38,860 bases of DNA from Mayamaea pseudoterrestris. Its lineage: Eukaryota. The stretch covers positions 682,001 through 720,860 of the forward strand of contig BROI01000019.1 of assembly GCA_027923505.1 (NCBI GenBank). Direction: 5' to 3'. Below are positions 28,931 through 38,860 of this stretch, one piece after another; the first letter of the stretch is position 1, and each line of letters begins with the position of its first letter. The notes under the pieces were generated by a model, which searched no databases, was not told where the DNA came from, and saw nothing but the letters and a program-made list of their open reading frames with translations. The position numbers and the translations under genes are program-made.

Positions 28931-31900
28931 CTACTGCGAAAATTGCTCGACCAACAAAGTCGCCGCTATTGGTGCCCACCATATTTCTTCCACGCCCTCT
29001 TCTGCGTCGTCATGGGCGATGCGAGCGCAAACCGACAACGAAAAGCGACCCGTCTCGGTAAAGACTGCGCGAGCAGCATGTTTCATAGCCACTTCGTTCA
29101 TTCGAAAGCTCTGTTGCAATTTACCAACCCATACTATTCCGTCGAAACGCTTCGAGGCCTGTGAATTGTGTGTTTCACTGTGACGGAAACAGAAAAATTC
29201 CAACACGAGGTGACAACTTTTAGCCCCCTCGGATGGTACCCAATTGGCAATGGTCACTTGTGAATGAAGGTCAAGAGGGCTCCCAAGCGCGATCAACGTG
29301 GGAGAGCTTGAAGCGTTGCAACCACCAACGTTCAAAGTTATATCGCAAGGTGCCTGGCATATGCGCTGAACGAACGACGGGTTTTCGTGAATTATTTCCT
29401 GAAGCGCTTCTCGTGGAATAAGAAGTCGACCAGTAGCATCCTCAACAGAATCATCAGGATGGCCAGTCGACCAAGTTATGTTAGACCTTGAGATAATCTC
29501 GTTGGCTATATCAACAGGAGTGCCGTCGTCCTTCATGCGAGCGAGGCGAGGAAAAACAACTGGAAGCTTGGCACTCACCCCAGAGTGAACGAGTAGCGTC
29601 TCAATCGGATGATTGTGAAAGCCACCGACTGGACCATTGCTGCGCGAGAGCATGACTTCCGATTTAGTTTCATTCGCCACCGTTAGCAAGAAAATGACAT
29701 CGCCACTTGCGACATGCATGCCACGGTCCAGCCCAACACGGAATATGGTCTCAACTTGAGACATACCGTGCGTTGCTGATTTTATTCGCACATCCGGATT
29801 TTGTCCCACTTGTGTCCGTCGGCGTGCCTTAAACGATTGGCACATTTCCTCGTATGCACTAGCGGTTAATATATCGGGACGAAAATCCATTGACGAAAGC
29901 CTCGGCCCGCAAATACAAGCAACATGATATGTGATGTCAAGACGACGCCAAACTTCAGACCCCTCTGTAGCCATGCCCCGATAGCGAAACCGAAGCCGAA
30001 ATGTGGTGCCATCGGGCAATAATCTATTTAAATTGTTGGCTGCGGCGATTTGAAACGTAATAACATTTCCGCTTAAATTGATGCTCTCGATGGAGATTGC
30101 AGTTGGTAAAAATTTGAGGCGGAGAGGTACAGAACTTTCCTCTTCAGCTTGTTGCTTGAAAAAGGCGTCGTCAGGTTGGTGCCAATTTCCTTCTGTGTCA
30201 AATAGTAACGTCTCAGGCACACCAGGAAGGTCGATAGCGAGAATCTGCAACCGCTTAATTTGTCCACGTAAGGTTGGCCCGGAAAAGTTACGGAGTTCCA
30301 AAGGTGGAAGCGTAAACGTCTCCCCTTCCGCGAGGCTAATTGAAAAGGTGGCTATGGACTCGACCGGAGCGCCTGACTTCTGAAACATAATCTGAAGGCG
30401 CGGCTGAGTCGCACAAGTCTCGAAGCATGGCTTCGCCAGCTCGGCATCGCTCGCCATAGGCTTCGCCGGTAGTTCAAATGGATATACTGACATTGGACTA
30501 GGCGTTTCACAAGTACTTTGTACTTTACTTCTCAAGTTGGACAGTGACGAAAAGACAGGTATAAAATAGACCCTTCCCAAAAAGGTCATTTCAATACCAG
30601 TTACTTCAAAGACAACAACTTCAGCGCTTCGTGAATCGTCTGCAAGAACCGAGAAAGGGAATTGAACGGCGAAGCCTTTCACCTTGGGTGGCATGACGAA
30701 GGACAACGCCGACGCCTTTACTCGACCATCTATATCTCCCCTAAAAACCAATTTGCAACGCTGCACTTCCAGAGGGACAGAAAGGCGGTTTCCAAACTGA
30801 ATTACCATAAAGCGTTCTTCCTCCTCGGCGACAATCACCGGCTTGACTTCCACCTTTGTCTTGTCAAAAGTTTGTAAAACTGCTCTGCGCCCTTGTCCTC
30901 TTGTGCTATAATCTTAGTATTAACACGCTCCAAAGCCAAGTCTCTTCGTTTAAGACCGTCATTCAGATACCGTGTATACGGTGCGTTTCATCCGCATTTT
31001 TAACTCTATAACTCACGGTGGAGGATGTTGGAAGTGAACGACGAAGCATGGCGATTCTCTGCATGCATCCTTCTTGTGCAACTGAGCATCGGCTTTGGTC
31101 TGCCTTTAACCACACGCAGCCAAGGTCCCTTACTGCCCGCGCCGTTTTGGAGGTAGCGGAAAAAGGTACATCAACAGGTGAAATTATTGGCCCGTCCGCC
31201 CGCCCAGTTCCCAGCGTGATTGTCGATTGAGAGTGTAATCGAGGCGAAACTCGCCTTGAGCTGCCGCGCAAGGTGTTAACAGACTACATTTCGGTCTGTT
31301 TCACCTCGCTCTCATCAAAACTTTGACTTTGATTTCTTGGGTCGCCAGTCTCTCGCGATCGAGACCTTACTCTGTCGCTTCGGGCGACTAAACTCCGTCG
31401 GCGGGCCGGAGATTGCTGTCGTCGGGAAGCCTTCGCCGCTGCAGGCTCAATTTCACTAGAAGTACCAGCAAATCTTGGGCAGCAAAGTTTGTTGCCTGTT
31501 GTTTCCCTTGCGTGGCTAAGCGTCCCGGAACAGCTGGGGGCAGCCCGGCCCATTTCCCTCCCCGGTGAAGTGTTTCTTCTTTCGCATATAGTCGATCGCG
31601 GTAACCAAGGTCTCTGGCGCTGCCGTCGCATTGCGCTGTTCTTACGATGTGCTCTCGGCAGCAACAACGCAAAAAAGCCGCTTTTCGAGGCAAGCAAACT
31701 GGTTCGGCCAATCTACCTTTCCATTGGGTAGCCTTTACACCATCTCAACAAAGGCGAGCCATCTGGCGGCAACATCGGCCCGGGTCGTTGGGTTCAAGCC
31801 TCCGACCGAGACAGCCTCTTGAAGTAATTCGCATACCTGGTCTATTAAAGGTGTTAATGTGAATCATGTCACCACTTCCGCCTTTCGTTTTTTGGTTCAG

Positions 31901-33514
31901 AGAAATCCATTTTGTGAATTGACGTCTTTTCCCAGCGAAAGCATCGCCTAGTTCACCAACGCAACCAGTTCTCCCACCTGCAACGCAAATGAGCTTCCGC
32001 AGGATCTGCTACATAGTCAGCAAGTTTTAGCAGCAGCTCGGAATGCAGCGACGCTAGTTTTTCGTGTCTGTTCGTAATGTTTAAAGCTTCTTCACAAAGG
32101 GCAAATACCACTTCCGGCAACACCTGTCGACTGGAGTTACCTTGCTGCCTTGGCTCCGTCGCCAACGCCATGATATCATCCGCTTTTGGAAGGTCTGCTC
32201 GTCATCAACCAAAGCCCCCCCAGCTTCCGCCATGGCAATGTGCGCTTGCTGCAACCTTCAAAGAAGCTGATGCGTACCACAAAGGATCCGGCGTTCCCGT
32301 CCGGCACATGTCCGCCGCTCTCAAGTATCGTTCGTATGCATCCAGCGGCGATCCTGCCATGAGTGATATATCAGCCGCCCACTTTTCGCGCCGAGACAGA
32401 TCGCGGCGCGTCACATCCTCCATATCACGAGGTGACAAGTCACTAATGTCATGAAACTGATCCAGTGGTGTCAGTAGCTTGGGAGTGGCGTCTGGTGCTG
32501 CTTGCTGCGAAAGGCTGTTGCGAAGGTCTGCCGTAAAGCTCGAATTTCGACTGACTCCGCGACTCCTCGACGACTCCTTCGCAAGCTTGCTCTTGGGGCT
32601 CACAAACGTTGCCATGTCAGTGAGACTGACCTTGGTTGGTTGAGTCGGAGCATCTGGTTCCTTCTTGTCGCCTTGTAGTATCTTGGTAAGCGAGCCCTTG
32701 AAGCCTGCTTGGTTGGGTGTTTTGGCGGCAAACTTTTCGCAAATGGCATCCGACGCCACAATTTTTGATTCAAGGCTTCGAAATACGGATACAGCCAAGT
32801 CGTTGACAACAACATTCAAGTGCATATCCATCATTTGCGCATTCTCCAATGGCGGAAACGCGAGAACGGACGTTTTTAGTTTGGAAATGTCTCCGGGTTT
32901 TGCGTGTCTTCCTCGGCGGTCAACCAAAGCGCTCCTGGCTTATCTCGCTCGTACTTCATGAGCCGTGACTTCAAACGGAGGAGTCAGCATATCGGTTCTG
33001 CCCGCCTGAGCTCCTCCTGCGCCGATCCAAATGGCTTGCGTTGAACAGTCGCGCATGTTGGGCTACTCAATACGCGCTGTCGACTCGGACACAAATCAAT
33101 CCAGTCTCGCGTCACGGAATGGTTCATGACGCGATCATGGGCGAGTCGTGAATTTTGTGGGCGACCATCAAAGATTCGAAGCCGCTGACTACCGTGCTGC
33201 CAGTGAAAGGACTTGAGTGGAGTGTCTGGATACTTCCAATCGCCCGGTCGAGTCAGACTAGAGTTAGGCACGACGAGCAAAATATCCACTTCTTTGGTTT
33301 TGCTTTCATTTGATGATGACGCATCGGTCGATAAATCCCCCTGTCCTTGTAGTGCAGCGCAGAGTCGTTGATAGGATTGAACGGAGGAGGTTTTCGTTTC
33401 CTCCCCGAGCTTGTCGGAACTGAGCAAGGGTACTAGCGCGACGCAGTTAACAGCCAAACTGCGAAATGACGGATCTCCCGGCACCTGGGAGAAGGAGAAT
33501 GGAATGTCCGCCAT
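28931..33514 (-). CDS. TRAPPC9: TRAPP II subunit TRAPPC9/Trs120, interrupted by several frameshifts in this sequence
   Basis: ATG 33514 MADIPFSFS...; WIDLCPSR; RREKWAADISLMAGSPLDAYERYLRAADMCRTGTPDPLWYASA (Trs120 signature); C-terminal Ig-like part IQFGNRLSVPLEV. The pieces sit in different frames between ~33070 and ~30860. Confidence 0.75.
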
Positions 33515-34514
33515 GATGTCAGAGCTACCAGCAAGGGACGCGTTAGATACTGATCCTGCCCTCCATCGCCATGGTGAAGCGTGATGGGTGTTTTCGGTCA
33601 TGAAAAGACTGTCGTAGCGGTCATGACGAGATGTTGCACGCCGAGCGAGGGACCCAGCTAAACTCACCACTTTACAACCTACATGCGCGCTAGCTAATGT
33701 AACAGTAAGATAAAGATTCTCTATCAAACCATATAGACAAAGTTTGGTGTGTAGGCTGCGCTCTTAGCATGCCACGCTCACTTCAGGACCTCGTCCGCTT
33801 CGCCATGACCTGTGATGCTTATGGAGTAAGCAATAGAATAAGAGTAACAACTGCGTGACTAATCGCAGACCATAACTTTGCCGGCATTGGACAACACAAA
33901 TCAGTTATCGCTGGCTTCTATAATATTTAGCTACGAACCGGCACCTCGTCTTGCGCCCAGCATCCAGAATCGCATACAAGAATCGGAGTGGCGACGTTCG
34001 CGTGCACTCCGCGCAGTTTAACGGAATCCCCAGAACAAGCACAGCACGTGAGCACCTGGTCTGCGGATAGTGAGCCCTTCCGTCGCCCCGACCGCTGGTA
34101 GAAACCAGAACGCCACGCATGCCAAAATGTCCATGTGCTGTGCAATGTTTGGAAGTAAGACGAGATTTGCTTGGGCCCATTGCGAGTGGCAGTTGTTTCA
34201 GCCGTGACGATCTTCTCGAAGTGATGACAGAGTGCCGCTTCCAGCTCAGGAACAGGCGCTGCCGGCAGCAGCGACGCATCGGCCGGATCGATGTGCACAA
34301 TATAGTAGACGTGCGAAATGCGCGGAACATGAAAAAACAATAAAAGTGGAACGCTCAGAACATGCCACGCTATGAAAACCACCTTCCAAGCACCAGGGCC
34401 GTGTTTCTTTGGTTGGTGGCGCGAATAATGAACCGAACCCCGCTCCGCGATGCCACTCGCCATTGCTCGGACTTTCATTTTCCAAAAATGCGCATCACAA
34501 ACCAAAACATCAAC

Positions 34515-36129
34515 ATGACGGCGAAAGGTGCGCCGAGTCAAACGCATCAAAGGTGCGCAAAGGTCCCCAAGATTCTCGAGTCAGGGAGGAGCTGAGGCTC
34601 AAAAAGAGACGGATGTGATCTGCGGTCGAGGCTCTGGAGTAACTTGTTGGAAAGGCAACATTGAATTCAGGTACGTTTCCAATCTAAACGACAAACGACG
34701 TGTCAGTAGTCGTTGATCACCATGGACTAAACATTTTGCTCCCTTGTGTATAGGTACCTTTGCTACAAGGTCAAGCCACTCTACGTCATGGCCGATCGCA
34801 CCGCCAAGACGGCCATCGCCCTTGATCTCATCAAGGAGATGGCCACATTGGATCCACCAGGTCGGTTCGTCGAACTTATTGAAGGAACCGAGATTGACGA
34901 CAAGCGTTGCCTTCTCGTTCCGCAGGAGCAAGCCATTGAGAAGACCTGCCAAGCTCTTCGCGAAAAGAAGAATGGGTGCCCTCGTCTCTTCCGGCCGTTC
35001 GAAAGCGCCAAGAAGTCAAGGGATGGCGACATCAATTTTGAGGCTCCCAAGTTTTCAAAAGCACACATCACGAACTTACGCAAGTCGCTCGAGCAAAAGT
35101 TCATCACAACGTCTCGAGGCAAGCGCACGAAGAATTTAGACGAGGACTCGGTTGATGCGAGCGAGGACGATGACGAAGTGGCAAAGCCGGAGATCATTGC
35201 TTCCAGCACCCGCAAGATTGCGGAAACTGTCAATCGATCCAGACGCTTGACTGCTCGCCAGGCAGTCATCGAGTCGATCATGGAGTCCAAGCAACCGCCA
35301 ACGAAAAGGAAGGAACCCGAGGCGGAACAGCTTTCGAAGATGACTCCCCAAACGACTAAGAAGCCCAAATTCCAGCTTCGCGGGCCGCCCACGGAAGAAA
35401 TGCCGATAGCTCCACTGAGCAGCATCTACATGCCCAATCTTGGATCTGTCGCTCCGATCAACCTCATTGAAACGTTCAAGCCCATCGAACGCCGCAGCGA
35501 TCCTACACCGATGGCGGCACCACAGCCACAACTGCCATCAACCAAGTCTATAGTTACTAATGCCTTGGACTTCCAGACGAAGCCCATCTCGGCATCGCAA
35601 CTCGACAAGGAAATGGCACTGTTTCCTCCGACCATGACGGCCTTTTGCAGTGGTATTTTCAACGAGATGATGTCGTCCAACGTGGCGCTCGATGTGCCGC
35701 CCCCTCCGCCGCATTTCCTTCGACGCCGCGCGGCCCGGCATGTTGCCGCTGTCGCCTCCACAAAGTCTTTTGGACGATGATGACGATGCAGCGCCCACTC
35801 TGGACCAGACGACGCTCAAAACGTACATTACGCAGGGAAGCAACAGCTCCAGCGATGAACCACCCAAGACATTCTTGGCCTCGTACTTGAGCGATTTCTT
35901 CGACAAGAAGTACTTCCCAGTCAATTCAACGAGCAAGTACTTTAGCGGTAATGACTGCAAGGTGGCGCCACTCCAGACTGATCTCCAGGCTCAAACCAGT
36001 CAGTCGCCTACAACAGTCTTTTGCGACCTCTTCCGCCAGGATTCCATCGTATGCTACAACAATGCTTTATTTGATGACGGTTTGGAGGATGACATTGTTG
36101 CTCCGATTGAGGCGTTTCCGGATCTTTAA
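34515..36129 (+). CDS. DUF6824-domain protein (family expanded in diatoms); intron 34671-34753; apparent frameshifts near 34530-34600 and ~35720
   Basis: Spliced DVICGRGSGVTCWKGNIEFR|YLCYKVKPLY...KTAIALDLIKEM..LDPPGRFVE...AIEKTCQALRE, followed by a long low-complexity tail. Confidence 0.75.
34671..34753 (+). other. Spliceosomal intron (83 nt) in the DUF6824 gene
   Basis: GTACGT donor, ACTAA branch-like site, TATAG acceptor; phase-2 join recreates an Arg codon in frame. Confidence 0.85.
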
Positions 36130-36427
36130 AGCGGCGGGAAGGGCGGGGTGAATGGTAAGGTGGAAGTAGAATCCAATACAATACATTTAAGAAGTATCAA
36201 CAGACCAAATGACAACTAAACAGGAAGTATATTGAGTTTCAGATCACATTTCGAACGCTTCTATACAGCTACTCATATTAGCTAACCGATGTAGCTAAGC
36301 GCCTTCATCGCAACAGGTGGACGGACAAGCAGTTCGTGGTGCGACATCGCCACGACGCGCGCCTCCACCAACCAATCGTCCATCAATCTCATTTCTCGCA
36401 AAAGAACAAACCAACCAACTAGTCGCC

Positions 36428-37519
36428 ATGGCGCCAACGCCGCCAGCAAAAGCAAAGCCATATGGGCACAACAAGTGTCTGGTAGAAAGACTACCGGGCG
36501 TGTTAGCCTGTTTAAAAACGACGGAACCTCAGCTGAAACAACCGACTAAAAACACTTTGCTTTTGAAAGGCATCAAATGCAGCGAAGGCATGGGCAAAGT
36601 CTTGCAGGAGCTCCGAGCCATTTCGGCTCCTCACGTCAAGCTGCTTTCGAAGCGAAATCAAATTGTCGCTTGGGACATGGATGGTCAGACCTCGTTGCAG
36701 TTTTTGACGACCAAGAATGACTGCAGCTTGTTTGCCTTGGCGCATCACAACAAGAAGCGGCCGAATCACTTGACCATTGGACGCACCTTTGATCATCAGA
36801 TTTTAGACTTGGCCGAACTATCGATCCGAAGGTTTAAAAGCATGCAGGATTTTGGTGGCGGAGTTCCCAAGAAGAAGATTGGAAGCAAACCCATGCTACT
36901 CTTTGTCGGCGATTTGTGGGCGCAAGGTGAAACCTTTGTAAATCTACAAAACCTGTTAGTGGACTTTTACCGCGGCGAGATTGTCGACAAGCTCATTTTG
37001 TCGGGACTTGACCATTTGATGGTGTTTACGATTGCCAATTGCCCTGGCATTGAAGCGCCAATGATCCACCAGCGCACGTACTTTTGCAAGCTCAAGAAGA
37101 ATCCATCCGGCGGTGGCGAACATTCCTCGCCGCTTCCCTATTTGATACCTTGTGGACCCGACTTGGACTTTACGCTGCAGCGCACGCAGTGGGCCGAGCC
37201 GGATATCTACAAGGCATCCCGGCGGCAACCGTTGGCAGCCAAGAGCAAAAAGGTCAAGAACCATTCGACCAACTTGTTTGGAGAAACAGTAGGCCGATTG
37301 CACATTGCCAAGCAGCATGTGGACAAGATGCAGGGTAAAAAGGCCAAGGCTTTGCGCAGGGCGGAGAAGTTGGAGAAGCAAGAGGAACAGGCAGCGCTGG
37401 AGAACGAATTGAACCGCGAAAAGAGTGACTTGGATGCGTCGTTCGAGCAAACGTTTGGTTTCAAGGAGGAAGACGATACGAAAAAGGGTCCGCGCGGCAA
37501 GAAGCAGCGAGCGCAGTAG
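36428..37519 (+). CDS. RPF2: Ribosome production factor 2 (Brix domain)
   Basis: KNDCSLFALAHHNKKRPNHLTIGRTFDHQILDLAEL, GSKPMLLF, LQNLLVDFYRG, GPDLDFTLQR, KNHSTNLFGETVGRLHIAKQ. Confidence 0.93.
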   Translation: MAPTPPAKAKPYGHNKCLVERLPGVLACLKTTEPQLKQPTKNTLLLKGIKCSEGMGKVLQELRAISAPHVKLLSKRNQIVAWDMDGQTSLQFLTTKNDCSLFALAHHNKKRPNHLTIGRTFDHQILDLAELSIRRFKSMQDFGGGVPKKKIGSKPMLLFVGDLWAQGETFVNLQNLLVDFYRGEIVDKLILSGLDHLMVFTIANCPGIEAPMIHQRTYFCKLKKNPSGGGEHSSPLPYLIPCGPDLDFTLQRTQWAEPDIYKASRRQPLAAKSKKVKNHSTNLFGETVGRLHIAKQHVDKMQGKKAKALRRAEKLEKQEEQAALENELNREKSDLDASFEQTFGFKEEDDTKKGPRGKKQRAQ

Positions 37520-37610
37520 CAATTGCGTTGGCTATAAAAAACGTCTATGTTACAAATTTGCGCGTAAGTTCGTCATATAATATTTGAACTACGATCATAT
37601 CATTCAACTA

Positions 37611-38680
37611 TTAGGACATGTCAACCTCCGTTCCAATACCCAACTCTCGCGCTCGCTGAACCACGACACTAGCCGTCATGATATCCTGTATACAAGTGCC
37701 AACACTCTTGTAAAAGGTGCAATCAATCATGGGAGACGTTTGCTCGTCACTTTTCCACTTGCTCTTCAACTCTGGATGCAGCAGCAACTCTCCCAGCAGC
37801 ATGACTGGATGATGCTCCGTCAAGTGTTTCAAATCGCCCACGGTTCTTGCTTCATGCGTGTCAATGAGCACGCGGCAGCGATCGACGGTGCGCGCCGCCA
37901 CCTCCTGCATGTGCGGCGTGTACGAGCCAATCCCATTCACGTGACAACCAGGTTTCAGCAGGGTGGTGCCATCCAAGACTGGCGTTGCCGCGTTGGTGCT
38001 GGTGACGACGCAGTCGTATGCTGAAACGCGTCCGCGACGGAGAGACGCTGTCGTTCCAGTAGCACAACGTGCGTGTGCGCACCCAGTCGGTCGGCAACTT
38101 TTGCGCCAGTTCTGGGCCCGTCTTTCGCGATTGACAATGGTTAGTTTCGGAATACTATAGCCAAGTGCAGTGGCAATGGCATGGACATGGAGTTCTGCTT
38201 GAAGGCCCGCGCCAAAGACTACCAAGTGCTGCAAATTGGGTTGCATGATGCTTGTCGCCAGTGCACTGCCGGCTGCCGTTCGCGCTGCCGTCAAGTAGGT
38301 CGCCGCCAAGACGGCATCCACGATTCCAGTGGCTGGATCAATGTTCGCTTAGAACTGGCTGGGTACTGGCGGCAGTCCATGATCAGGATTATGACTGCCA
38401 CGGAGACGACCTTGACACCCATTTGAGTCGTCGATGATGATGAAGGATGATGATGATCCGGCATCATTTACTTCATCTGCTTGCTGCGTAAGGACGCCGC
38501 CTTGACAAGGAGTCCAGTCTGGTACGTCATCATCATTGTCGGCTGGCTCATACGCTAGGCAAGGTCAGTGGAACTCGTAGATTGCTTGGTAAAGATGGAT
38601 TGAAGGGCGACCCTGTTAATGGCCAAGCAGTCGGACATGTTCAAACACTGACGAACGTTCGATTCGGATAGAAACAGCAT
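37611..38680 (-). CDS. Ornithine cyclodeaminase / mu-crystallin family protein, with frameshifts in this sequence
   Basis: ATG 38680 MLFLSESNVRQCLNMSDCLAIN; MGVKVVSV; IDPATGIVDAVLAATYLTAARTAAGSALAT, VFGAGLQAELH, PGCHVNGIGSYTPHMQEV, TFYKSVGTCIQDI. Confidence 0.88.
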
Positions 38681-38860
38681 TTTCTGAAGGTAATGAGTGT
38701 ATATGCGAGAGTGATAGTGCATGCTCGTAGTGGACTTTTGATTTACTATCGGTATGCTTTAGGATGATGCTGTTTGCGTGATCAAGTGAGAGATTGATTT
38801 GGCCTCATCTCGTGATGGCGGATAATGCAACGTAGCATGTCTCACCACTTATCAAATGGA

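Noticed and set aside
33905..34550. 207-aa and 141-aa minus-strand ORFs between TRAPPC9 and the DUF6824 gene
   Set aside because: No recognisable motifs, atypical composition and overlap with the presumed promoter and start of the DUF6824 gene; not supportable as CDS.
1..37519. Functional ribosome-biogenesis cluster (BOP1, rlmH, JmjC oxygenase, RPF2)
   Set aside because: The genes are far apart, interspersed with unrelated genes, and act in different compartments; chance is sufficient.

Overview
Gene-dense eukaryotic genomic window, very probably from a diatom (ASAFAP-type bipartite plastid presequences, a DUF6824 protein, a CHHG...PCxC...MYND-type gene, 83-105 nt GT-AG introns). It carries about 16 mostly housekeeping genes: BOP1/ERB1 (3' end off-window), plastid RlmH, DNA ligase IV, SPX-MFS phosphate transporter, porphobilinogen deaminase, a membrane protein, an At5g03900-like plastid protein, a JmjC-Tudor oxygenase, a broken MYND gene, COQ9, a staphylococcal-type nuclease, GCIP/CCNDBP1, TRAPPC9, DUF6824, RPF2 and ornithine cyclodeaminase/mu-crystallin. 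The most unusual element is a ~5.4-kb non-coding block (~18560-23940) of three tandem-repeat families nested as C-A-B-A-C. All have monomers of about nucleosome length: C ~168 bp, A a 187+183 bp dimer, B a ~177+170 bp dimer. The two B half-units each carry a 27-bp palindrome, and these differ only by compensatory base-pair swaps. The block shows CpG-deamination polymorphisms. A separate CpG-rich 42-bp minisatellite with eight TGACGTA sites lies in a divergent promoter. Several genes in the right half have frameshifts that look like assembly indel errors.
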